Part shown: piece by piece, positions 54,262-62,673 of the stretch
Numbering within the stretch: the first letter of the stretch is position 1
Layout: every line of letters begins with the position of its first letter
Source of the DNA: Clostridia bacterium
GTDB taxonomy: Bacteria > Bacillota > Clostridia > Christensenellales > Borkfalkiaceae
NCBI GenBank assembly: GCA_017504795.1
Contig: JAFVQM010000011.1
Coordinates: 22,842 to 86,841 of the forward strand
DNA length: 64,000 bases
Direction of reading: 5' to 3'
Position numbers and translations under genes: made by a program
Notes under the pieces: model-generated
What the model was told of the DNA's origin: nothing
What the model saw: the letters and a program-made list of their open reading frames with translations, nothing else
Databases searched by the model: none

Positions 54262-54356
54262 GTGATATTTTTACCTTTGGTAAAAGTAATATTTCGGCTA
54301 CGCCGAATTGTTATTTTGCCGTACGGCAAAGTTATATTTTTTGTCTACGACAAAAA
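54262..54356. repeat. four tandem hairpin units (21-26 nt) in the clpP-clpX spacer
   Basis: ttttacc-ttt-ggtaaaa; ttcggc-tac-gccgaa; tttgcc-gtac-ggcaaa; tttttgtc-tac-gacaaaaa. Each unit starts GT(N)AT(A)TTT. Confidence 0.8.
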
Positions 54357-54365
54357 GTTGTGGAT

Positions 54366-54947
54366 TTATCTTTGATAGAAAATCTTATCAATCAAGCCAT
54401 ATTCAAGCGCATCTTCGGCGGACAAATAGTTATCTCTATCGGTATCCTTTTCAACTTGTTCAACGGGTTTACCAGTGTTTTTAGATAAAATGCCGTTGAG
54501 TTTTTCTTTAATTTTTAGGATATGGTCGGCTTGAATTTTAATATCGCTTGCCTGACCTTGCGCACCGCCTAAGGGTTGATGTATCATAATTTCGCTATTA
54601 GGAAGGGCAAATCTTTTACCCTTTGTTCCACTTGAAAGCAAGAACGCGCCCATTGATGCAGCCATGCCGATACAAATCGTAGAAACGTCACATTTTACGT
54701 AATTCATAGTATCGTAGATAGCAAGACCTGCGGTTACCGAACCGCCGGGGCTATTTATATAGATAGAAATATCTTTATCAGGGTCTTTCCCTTCAAGGTA
54801 GATAAGTTGGGCAACTACCGTGTTGGCGGTAGCATCGTCAATCTCCCCTGAAAGCATAATAATTCTATCTTCAAGTAAGCGAGAATATATATCGTACGAG
54901 CGTTCACCTTTGTTGGTTTGCTCTACAACCATAGGTATAAGTGCCAT
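54366..54947 (-). CDS. clpP: ATP-dependent Clp protease proteolytic subunit ClpP
   Basis: 193 aa. GMAASMG active-site Ser region and IMIHQP. Confidence 0.95.
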   Translation of the reverse strand: MALIPMVVEQTNKGERSYDIYSRLLEDRIIMLSGEIDDATANTVVAQLIYLEGKDPDKDISIYINSPGGSVTAGLAIYDTMNYVKCDVSTICIGMAASMGAFLLSSGTKGKRFALPNSEIMIHQPLGGAQGQASDIKIQADHILKIKEKLNGILSKNTGKPVEQVEKDTDRDNYLSAEDALEYGLIDKIFYQR

Positions 54948-54972
54948 TTGTTACCCCTTTATAAAAAGTAAA

Positions 54973-56259
54973 TTAGTCAATTTTGTTGTTTGCCGTTAAG
55001 AAAGCGAAAAGTTTTTCGATAGTAGCGTTGTTTTCAAAGTACGAAATTTGACGTTCGTTCATTGATTTTTTGTACTCGTCGAACTCTTTTCCCATAGCGG
55101 TTGCTTGTTCTTTAATCTTTTCGTCGATTTCTTCTTCGGTCGCTTTGATGCCTTCAACGGTTAAAATCTTGTCGATAACGAGTTGAGTTTTAACTTGTTT
55201 TTCAGCCTGAGCACGGAAAGAATTTCTATAATCTTCACGAGTTTGGTTGGTGTATTTAAGATAATCGTCAAGCCTTAAACCTTGATACATCATGCGGTAT
55301 TCCATATCTTGAACGTTATTGTCAATTTGCCTTTCAATAAGCACTGCGGGAATATCAACTTTTGACGATTCGGTAATCTTTTCAATAAGTTTATCTTCGG
55401 TTTCAGCCTTAGCGCGCTTGTCGTTCGCTTCTTTGAGTTTTTTCTTGGTTGCTTTCTTGAAAGCGTCAACCGATTCTTCGCCTGCGGCTTCTTTAATAAA
55501 CTCGTCGTTAACTTCGGGGTAGTCTTTTACCTTGATTTCGTGTAGTTTAACGGCAAAGATAGCGTCTTTTCCCTTTAATTCTTCTGCGCCGTAATCTTCG
55601 GGGAATTTAACTTGAATATCCTTTTCGTCACCGATGTTCATACCGATAACCCCGTCTTCAAAACCGGGGATAAACGTGTTAGAACCAAGTTCTAAGTTTT
55701 GCTTTTCAGCCGTGCCGCCATCGAACTTAACCCCGTCAATACTACCAGAGTAGTCAATCACGGTGATATCGCCTTTTTGAGCGGGGCGATTATCAACTGA
55801 AACTTCTCTTGCGTTTCTTTTAACTAAGCGGTCAAGTTCCGCGTCCACGTCCTTTTTAGTTACATTATACTCAACTTTGTCAATGGTTATACCTTTATAT
55901 TCGCCGAGAGTTACTTCGGGCTTAACGGGAATTACCGCTACCATAGTGATACCCTTATCGTCAAGTTTTTCGATTTCGATTTCAGGTCTATCAATAGGTT
56001 CGATATCTTTTTCTTTATCTAAAACTTCAAAGTAGTATTCCGAGAAAGAAGTGTTTATTGCTTCTTCGTAGAATACGCCTTTACCGTACATTTGTTCAAT
56101 AACGTTTTTGGGCGCTTTACCTTTTCTAAAACCGGGGATATTGAATTTACCCTTAGTTTTAGCGTACGCTTTAAGTTGCGCGTCGTTCCATTCTTGGGTG
56201 TTTAAGGTAATTGCTACCTTTACGATGCTTTTTTCAGCAGGTTTAACAGTATATTTCAT
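54973..56259 (-). CDS. tig: trigger factor
   Basis: GFRKGKAP ribosome-binding motif and a central FKBP PPIase domain. Confidence 0.95.
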   Translation of the reverse strand: MKYTVKPAEKSIVKVAITLNTQEWNDAQLKAYAKTKGKFNIPGFRKGKAPKNVIEQMYGKGVFYEEAINTSFSEYYFEVLDKEKDIEPIDRPEIEIEKLDDKGITMVAVIPVKPEVTLGEYKGITIDKVEYNVTKKDVDAELDRLVKRNAREVSVDNRPAQKGDITVIDYSGSIDGVKFDGGTAEKQNLELGSNTFIPGFEDGVIGMNIGDEKDIQVKFPEDYGAEELKGKDAIFAVKLHEIKVKDYPEVNDEFIKEAAGEESVDAFKKATKKKLKEANDKRAKAETEDKLIEKITESSKVDIPAVLIERQIDNNVQDMEYRMMYQGLRLDDYLKYTNQTREDYRNSFRAQAEKQVKTQLVIDKILTVEGIKATEEEIDEKIKEQATAMGKEFDEYKKSMNERQISYFENNATIEKLFAFLTANNKID

Positions 56260-56383
56260 AAAATTCTCCTTAGAATATAATTAACTTTATATATTTTAAC
56301 AAAGTTAATCGTTCTTGTAAAGTTTTTAAGACTAATTTCAAGTTTTAATTTACAAAATCTTAATAAGAATATATAATATATTT

Positions 56384-58066
56384 ATGCCACAAGACTTATT
56401 TACCATAAAGCGCACGGCGGATTTTTTGTCTAAAACCGTAGTCGGCGCTAAAATAAATAAAATATTTCAACCGTCTAGTGACGAGATAAACTTGCTTTTA
56501 TATAACAAGCAAGCGTTTAGGCTGGTCGTTTCTACAAACGCTAAGTTTGCGCGCGTTTCGATATCTAGCGTTGAAAAGCCAAACCCAGAGGTTGCGTATA
56601 ACTTTTGTATGCTACTTAGAAAGCATCTAACGGGTGCGGAAATTACTTCGCTTGATATATGTAACGACGATAGAATTATAAAGATTTCAATCGTTAACAA
56701 AAACGAACTTCAAGACAAGGAAAGTTACGCCCTTTACGCCGAAATTATGGGCAAGTACTCTAACTTGTTTTTAACTAAAAACGGCGTTATTTTAGGCGCG
56801 ATAAAACAGCATCTTGACGGGCTTGACGGCAAGCGCATTACCTTGACGGGCGCTAAGTACCTACCGCCTATAAAACAAGATAAAATTTCGGCGTTTTCAA
56901 GCGGAGCAAAAGCGGTTTTTGATAACTTTGTCGGCGGTGCGCTAGACCTATATATTTTGAAAAGTTTTAATGATTTTTCGCCCGTTACCGCGCGTGAAAT
57001 TGCATACCGTATTGAAAATTTAGGCGCATACGACGGGGATAAAGCGTATTTAGTATTTTTAGATTTTATAAACCAAAAAACTACTCCCACCGTGATTGAC
57101 GACGGGATAAAGTTAGACTTTTACCCCTTTAACTATCTTTCCGTTTTAGGAAAGCGTTCTACCTATCTAGATATGCCTTCCGCCATAGAAAGCGTGTTTT
57201 CTAGCGCGGAAAATCAAAACTTATTAAACAAACTTAAAAGCGGTACAATAAGCGCCGTTTTATCCCACGAAAAAAGGCTGTCAAAAAGAATTTGTAACCT
57301 TGAAGAGCGCATTTTAGAAAGCAATGATTATAAAGAGTATAAAATGCTTGGCGAACTTATAACTTCGCAAATGTACCTTATAAAAAAGGGGCAAGAAAGG
57401 GTAAAACTTTCTAACTATTTTGACGGTGGCGAGATAGACGTTTTGCTTGACTCTACCCTTACCCCGCAACAAAACGCGCAACGATATTATAAACTTTACC
57501 GCAAGAAAAAGGCTACGGCCACGATGTCAACCGAGCAAATTAAAAGCGCAAAAGAAGAACTAAATTACGTTTTGTCTATAAAGTTTTATCTAAGCCAAGC
57601 CGAAAATAAGCAAGATATTGAAGATATAAAGCGCGAACTTATAGATTTCGGAATTATTAAAGAACGTCAAAACAAAAAAGGCAAAGTTAAAAAACCAACG
57701 TTTTCGTTTAGAAGGTACGAGTATCTTGGATACACTGCAATGCTTGGTAAAAACAACTTGCAAAATGACAAACTTTTATCGCTTGCCGACAAAACTGATA
57801 TTTGGCTACACGTTAAAAACTACCACTCGTCACACCTTATAATATCCACGCAAGGTAAAGACGTGCCTATTAAAGTTATTCAAACTTTTGCGGAAATTTG
57901 CGCTTATTACTCGCAAGGAAAAGACAGTGACAAAATAGAAGTTGACTACACTAAGCGCCGTTACGTTAAAAAACTTGGCGGTAAAAATTTAGGCGGAGTA
58001 ACTTACGAAAATTATTCTAGTATTATAGTTACACCAAACCCGCACGTAGAACTTGAAATTAAATAA
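56384..58066 (+). CDS. rqcH: NFACT-family ribosome quality control protein (RqcH / FbpA-like)
   Basis: 560 aa. NFACT-N start and a C-terminal DUF814-like segment (HVKNYHSSHLII). Confidence 0.8.
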   Translation: MPQDLFTIKRTADFLSKTVVGAKINKIFQPSSDEINLLLYNKQAFRLVVSTNAKFARVSISSVEKPNPEVAYNFCMLLRKHLTGAEITSLDICNDDRIIKISIVNKNELQDKESYALYAEIMGKYSNLFLTKNGVILGAIKQHLDGLDGKRITLTGAKYLPPIKQDKISAFSSGAKAVFDNFVGGALDLYILKSFNDFSPVTAREIAYRIENLGAYDGDKAYLVFLDFINQKTTPTVIDDGIKLDFYPFNYLSVLGKRSTYLDMPSAIESVFSSAENQNLLNKLKSGTISAVLSHEKRLSKRICNLEERILESNDYKEYKMLGELITSQMYLIKKGQERVKLSNYFDGGEIDVLLDSTLTPQQNAQRYYKLYRKKKATATMSTEQIKSAKEELNYVLSIKFYLSQAENKQDIEDIKRELIDFGIIKERQNKKGKVKKPTFSFRRYEYLGYTAMLGKNNLQNDKLLSLADKTDIWLHVKNYHSSHLIISTQGKDVPIKVIQTFAEICAYYSQGKDSDKIEVDYTKRRYVKKLGGKNLGGVTYENYSSIIVTPNPHVELEIK

Positions 58067-58091
58067 AAAAACGCCCTATCGGGCGTTTTTT
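58065..58091. terminator. bidirectional intrinsic terminator
   Basis: aaaaaaacgccc-tatc-gggcgtttttt. Confidence 0.75.
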
Positions 58092-58095
58092 AATA

Positions 58096-58905
58096 CTAAG
58101 GTACAATAACTTCAACCCCGTTTAACGGGTATAGATAACTATCCTTTTCAAAGTTAAATTTTAGTTTATAAGCAGTTAGTTTTTGGCGCTTTATATTGAG
58201 CGCTTTGTTTATTTTAACATCTCCGTACTTCCCGTCTCCCACGATAAAGTGACCAACGTGGGCAAGGTGGGCGCGAATTTGGTGTGTTTTACCCGTTATT
58301 AGTTTTACAGATAAAAGGCTGGTATTTTCTCTCTCTTCAACCACTTCGTACTCGGTTATAATTTTTTGCGAGCCTTTAACTAAATTGTCGTAAATTTTAA
58401 CCTGCGAGTTTTTTTCATCTTTATATAAATAAGCAGTAAGCCTTGCTTTTTTTACGGCTAACTTACCGTAAACTTCCGCTAAATAAAACTTGTCAATCGT
58501 GCGGTGTTTGAAAGCCGATAAAAGTTCTTCATACGCTTTATTATCGCTTGCAAAAACTAATAAGCCAGACGTGTTTCTATCAAGCCTGTGGCATAGTTTT
58601 ATATCCCCAAAAGTTTTTTTAAGTAGCGCCTCGAAATCCTCGCTAGTTATCGTTGGGGGTTTATTAAACACCAAAACGCCACACTCGTTAAACACGGGCG
58701 CATACGCCTTTTCTTCTCCGTTATAATAAACTTCTACGTTATCGCCTATCTCAACCGTAACGTCTTTCGAAACGCGTTTTGAGTTAACTTTAACGTCTTT
58801 ATTCCTTATTAGTTTCATAACGGTAGAATACGTTATATTCGCCCCGTATTCGCTTAGTATTAACTTAGAAAGTTTTTGGTTTTTTAAGCACTTAAAATCT
58901 CTCAT
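58096..58905 (-). CDS. RluA-family pseudouridine synthase with S4-like N-terminus
   Basis: HRLDRNTSGLLVFA catalytic motif. Confidence 0.8.
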   Translation of the reverse strand: MRDFKCLKNQKLSKLILSEYGANITYSTVMKLIRNKDVKVNSKRVSKDVTVEIGDNVEVYYNGEEKAYAPVFNECGVLVFNKPPTITSEDFEALLKKTFGDIKLCHRLDRNTSGLLVFASDNKAYEELLSAFKHRTIDKFYLAEVYGKLAVKKARLTAYLYKDEKNSQVKIYDNLVKGSQKIITEYEVVEERENTSLLSVKLITGKTHQIRAHLAHVGHFIVGDGKYGDVKINKALNIKRQKLTAYKLKFNFEKDSYLYPLNGVEVIVP

Positions 58906-58913
58906 ACCTTTTC

Positions 58914-58941
58914 AAAAAAAGCACGGCTAGCGCCGTGCTTT
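58914..58941 (-). terminator. intrinsic terminator
   Basis: aaaaaaagcacggc-tagc-gccgtgcttt. Confidence 0.65.
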
Positions 58942-58944
58942 ATA

Positions 58945-60363
58945 TTATTTGTCTTCTTCTACTTTTTCGGTTTTTGCTTTATCTTTGGGTTTAATTACGA
59001 GTAAAAGTATAATCGCGATAAGGCATAGTCCCGATACGCAAAGGAATATAAACGGAACGTAGTTAACGCTAATCCAGTCGTTAAAGCCGGTTTTATAATC
59101 AACCGTTTCATACTTTTGTGTAACTTTAATTTCTTTGGTTTCAGCGGTTTTAGTCTTACCGTCGTTATCGATAGCGGTAACTATGAGTTTGTAATAACCT
59201 TGTTTTGACGGAGTGAAAGTTTTTTCGCTTTCGTCAAACTCTTCGGTCGCGTCAACCCAATCGCTAGTAGCCGTTTCCTTATATTTAAGCGCGTAGGAAG
59301 TTGAAACTTCGTTTCCGGAAACTTTTACGCTGTTTATTTCATATTCAAGACCGATATAGCCGTTTTCTTGGTAAGAAGACGTAATTTTAACGTTAGGGCC
59401 TGCGTTTACGATAGTGAACTCAAAAATAGGAACGACAAGGTCGCATTTAACGATATCCGTTTCTTCATTATCGGGAACGTATTCGTTCTTCAAGTCTTCG
59501 TCAGTGAAATACTTAGTACCGCTAGCGTATAAAGGCGCATTGTCACTCGCTCTTTTAATGGTATAGAAACCGTCGTAATACTCTTTGAGTTTGCTTACTG
59601 CAATGTTGAACGACCTACCGTCAATCTCGTCGATAGAAAGTAAAACGTAAAATCTATAAGTACCAACTTTCGTAATAGTGAACGATAAGTTAGACGTACC
59701 GCTTGCGCTAGTCGAGTTGTAACTTGAACTACCCGGAACGGAATAGTTAACCGTTCTTCTATATTGAGTATACGAGAACGAACCTAAATCAAGCAAGTTT
59801 TCAACCGAAGGAACGGTATAAGTATCGTCAACGAAAATACTTTCTTTTACCGTTGCGGTAGCGTCCACGTAAGACGCGTCTTGCGCTTGGGTTTTATACT
59901 CGTTGAGTTTAGCAAGGTCACTAGCACTGCCCGAAACGTATTTGTACTTGGGCGCTTGAAGACTATTTACGTCACTATGAACGGTAACTGCCTTTATAAA
60001 CTCTTTTGCGGTTTCGCCTGCTTCAACGATAGTTTTAACCTTGAAGGTGTAACTGCCTGCTTTGGTTATTCTTGCAGATACTTTACCTTCTGTGTACGAC
60101 GATAAGATAATAACGTTGTTAGCGTCTTTTTTGGTTGCGCCGTTATTGAAAACTTCAACGTCACTAGCCCCGTCGTTCACGGTGATAACTACTTTTTGAT
60201 TTGCCTCTCTAACCTCGTCACTTACCGTGAAGGAAAATTCTACGCCTGGATACGCGTTAATCGCAGTATCCGCACTTGCGTTTGAGTAAGTTAACGATAC
60301 GGGTAATGCAAGTACCGCGCATAAGAGAAGAACTACTAATTTGCTGATAAATTTTTTAGCCAT
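58945..60363 (-). CDS. hypothetical secreted protein with C-terminal TM anchor (472 aa)
   Basis: Signal peptide MAKKFISKLVVLLLCAVLALPVSLTYSNASA. Beta-rich, Ig-like repeats by composition. C-terminal TM helix plus a KPKDKAKTEK tail. Confidence 0.55.
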   Translation of the reverse strand: MAKKFISKLVVLLLCAVLALPVSLTYSNASADTAINAYPGVEFSFTVSDEVREANQKVVITVNDGASDVEVFNNGATKKDANNVIILSSYTEGKVSARITKAGSYTFKVKTIVEAGETAKEFIKAVTVHSDVNSLQAPKYKYVSGSASDLAKLNEYKTQAQDASYVDATATVKESIFVDDTYTVPSVENLLDLGSFSYTQYRRTVNYSVPGSSSYNSTSASGTSNLSFTITKVGTYRFYVLLSIDEIDGRSFNIAVSKLKEYYDGFYTIKRASDNAPLYASGTKYFTDEDLKNEYVPDNEETDIVKCDLVVPIFEFTIVNAGPNVKITSSYQENGYIGLEYEINSVKVSGNEVSTSYALKYKETATSDWVDATEEFDESEKTFTPSKQGYYKLIVTAIDNDGKTKTAETKEIKVTQKYETVDYKTGFNDWISVNYVPFIFLCVSGLCLIAIILLLVIKPKDKAKTEKVEEDK

Positions 60364-60548
60364 CTTTACTCCAAAAGTTTTAAGGCGTTAATTTTATTAA
60401 CGCACAAAATCTCATACTTAATTTATTTTAACCTTAATATTTAATTTTGTCAATAACAAACTCGCGTTTTATCAAAAATATATACTAAAAACTGCCGTTT
60501 GTAACTAAAATTTTCAAATTTTCATACGATAGATGGGCGGTTTTACTA

Positions 60549-61073
60549 ATGAACTACGTATTTTTGGTATTGACGGCGCTTTCCGTCAGCGCCGATTCTT
60601 TCTTTGGCGGACTTGCGCTTTTAATCGACGAAAAGCAAAAAATTAAAAGCGTTTTAGCGGTTTTTATATCCGTTTTAATACTTTGTGTTTTAGGCTCTAC
60701 CCTAGGTAAGATTTTCGGCGATTTCTTGAAAAATTATGCCGAGTTATTAGGCGGAATTATCTTGATTTTGGTGGGAATTAGCGGGCTAGTTAAAAAACCA
60801 AATAATAAAATTTATAAAAAGGATAAATCGTCTATTAAAAAATCTTTACTCGTAGGGATTTCTGTGGGGCTTGACGGAGCAGTTGGCTCTTTCACGCTAA
60901 CAGCAAGCGGTTTTAACGGACTTTTCGTGGCACTTTTTATAACTTTTATCCACGTTATACTTTTAGTTTTAGCACTGTTTCTTAGCAAAAAACTACCAAG
61001 TAAACTTCAAAACGAAAGCAAAATTCCATCTTTTATACTCGTTTTTTTAGGGCTTTATAAACTTCTTTTCTAA
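60549..61073 (+). CDS. MntP/YtaF-family (DUF204) membrane protein
   Basis: 174 aa. LSVSADSFFGG and a second half-repeat GISVGLDGAVGSF. Confidence 0.55.
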   Translation: MNYVFLVLTALSVSADSFFGGLALLIDEKQKIKSVLAVFISVLILCVLGSTLGKIFGDFLKNYAELLGGIILILVGISGLVKKPNNKIYKKDKSSIKKSLLVGISVGLDGAVGSFTLTASGFNGLFVALFITFIHVILLVLALFLSKKLPSKLQNESKIPSFILVFLGLYKLLF

Positions 61074-61086
61074 TCGAAAAAGCACG

Positions 61087-61117
61087 GATAATTCCGTGCT
61101 TTTTTTTAATAAGTCAT
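61087..61117. terminator. bidirectional intrinsic terminator
   Basis: aaaaagcacgga-taat-tccgtgcttttttt. Confidence 0.75.
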
Positions 61118-61807
61118 TTTAAGTGCTTGCGACGTATCGAACAACTTCCATGGGGCAAGTTCTTTCGGGGGTTCTGCCTTAAAGCAAAGCCTTTCTTTGG
61201 TTACGGGGTGGGTAAACGAAAGTGACGACGCCCATAACGCCAAATGCCCCTTAACCGCGTTTTCACCGCCGTAGCGCATATCTCCGTAAACGGGATAGCC
61301 TAGGTTAGACGTTTGCACCCTTATTTGGTGGCTTCTACCCGTGTGAAGTTTGATTTTTACAAAGGAAAGCCCACTTTTTTCTTCAATAACTTTGTAGTGA
61401 AGTTCGGCTTTTTTAGCACCTTCTACCGTTTGACCGCAAACGTAAACGGTGTTAGTGATTGCGTTCTTTTTAAGATAGTTGGTTAAAGTTTGCTCTTTAA
61501 CGTTTAGCGTGCCAACGAGTACGGCGTAATAAATTTTTTCAAAATCGCCCGTCTTCATTTGCTCGGAAAGTCTACCCGCCGCCTTAGACGTTTTTGCAAA
61601 CACCATAACGCCACCGGTTGGTCTATCAAGCCTATGAACTAGCCCAAGGTAAACGTTGCCTGGCTTGTTATCCCTTTCCTTTATCATATTTTTAAGGGAA
61701 GAAAGCAAAGATAAGTCTTTACTTTCGTCATCACAAGATGGCATGTTTTGGGGTTTTAACGCCACTATTATATGATTGTCTTCAAATAATATAATGTTTT
61801 CTTCCAT
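61106..61807 (-). CDS. RluA-family pseudouridine synthase
   Basis: HRLDRPTGGVMVFAKT motif. Confidence 0.85.
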   Translation of the reverse strand: MEENIILFEDNHIIVALKPQNMPSCDDESKDLSLLSSLKNMIKERDNKPGNVYLGLVHRLDRPTGGVMVFAKTSKAAGRLSEQMKTGDFEKIYYAVLVGTLNVKEQTLTNYLKKNAITNTVYVCGQTVEGAKKAELHYKVIEEKSGLSFVKIKLHTGRSHQIRVQTSNLGYPVYGDMRYGGENAVKGHLALWASSLSFTHPVTKERLCFKAEPPKELAPWKLFDTSQALKMTY

Positions 61808-61809
61808 AA

Positions 61810-62673
61810 CTAATTATCTACCTGCCACAACCCCGAACAACCGCAGGGAAGTGCTATTTTTTCACGAGTGGGAAGCCCTACTTCGTACGCTTCTACCTTA
61901 TATCCTTGTTGGGGTAAAAGCAAAGTTAAAATGTTTTTAAGAACTTGCGGTTGCAAGCCCGTAGTGTAACTGTTTATTAAAAAGAACAACGGGTTATCCG
62001 TTAAAACTTGGGTGCAAATTTTAACAAGGTTATATAATTCGTTTTCTATCTTCCAAGTTTCTCCGCCGGGGCCTCTACCAAAACTAGGTGGGTCCATAAT
62101 AATAGCGTCGTACTTTCTGCCACGCCTAATTTCGCGCTGAACGAACTTCAAGCAGTCGTCAATGATAAACCTAACCTTTCCTTCGCCAACGCCTGAAAGC
62201 CTGCAATTTTCGCCGGCTCTTTCAACCATACCCTTAGCCGCGTCAACGTGGCAAACGCTTGCGCCCGCTTTAAGGCAAGCAACGGTAGCGCCACCAGTGT
62301 AAGCAAATAGGTTAAGTACACTTATAGGGCGGTTAGCGCCCTTAATTAGCGCCATCATCTTTTCCCAGTTGCCCGCTTGTTCAGGGAATAAACCCGTGTG
62401 CTTAAAGCCCATAGGTTTTATTAAAAACTTCAAATCGCCGTAAGATATAGTCCACTTTTCGGGCATAGCACGGTAAGTTTCCCACCTACCGCCACCCGTT
62501 TCACTGCGGATATATTTGGCGTTTAAGTTTTTGTAGTTATCCATATCAAAGTCGGTCTTCCAAATTACTTGCGGGTCGGGGCGAAGTAACGAAACGTTAC
62601 CCCACCTTTCGAGTTTATACCCGTCACCCGTGGCAATAATTTCATAGTCCAACCATTTATCAGCAAGAACCAT
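61810..62673 (-). CDS. class I SAM-dependent RNA methyltransferase (RlmI/RlmK-like)
   Basis: LNLFAYTGG and IIMDPPSFG motifs. Confidence 0.7.
   Translation of the reverse strand: MVLADKWLDYEIIATGDGYKLERWGNVSLLRPDPQVIWKTDFDMDNYKNLNAKYIRSETGGGRWETYRAMPEKWTISYGDLKFLIKPMGFKHTGLFPEQAGNWEKMMALIKGANRPISVLNLFAYTGGATVACLKAGASVCHVDAAKGMVERAGENCRLSGVGEGKVRFIIDDCLKFVQREIRRGRKYDAIIMDPPSFGRGPGGETWKIENELYNLVKICTQVLTDNPLFFLINSYTTGLQPQVLKNILTLLLPQQGYKVEAYEVGLPTREKIALPCGCSGLWQVDN

Noticed and set aside
54262-54356. CtsR operator or CIRCE element in the clpP-clpX spacer
   Set aside because: There is no GGTCAAA heptad direct repeat and no TTAGCACTC-N9-GAGTGCTAA. The conserved parts of the units are only A/T runs and the loop.
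60364-60548. yybP-ykoY (Mn2+) riboswitch upstream of the MntP/YtaF-like gene
   Set aside because: The leader is short and AT-rich and lacks the conserved yybP-ykoY blocks. Only a small gcgttaa/ttaacgc hairpin is present.
58914-61117. Similar terminator stems (aaaagcacgg...ccgtgcttt) flanking the surface-protein/MntP-like pair as possible cassette boundaries
   Set aside because: Only ~10 nt of each stem arm are shared and the loops and flanks differ. They are not true direct repeats like the 36-mers at 46928 and 48930, so this is probably generic terminator composition.
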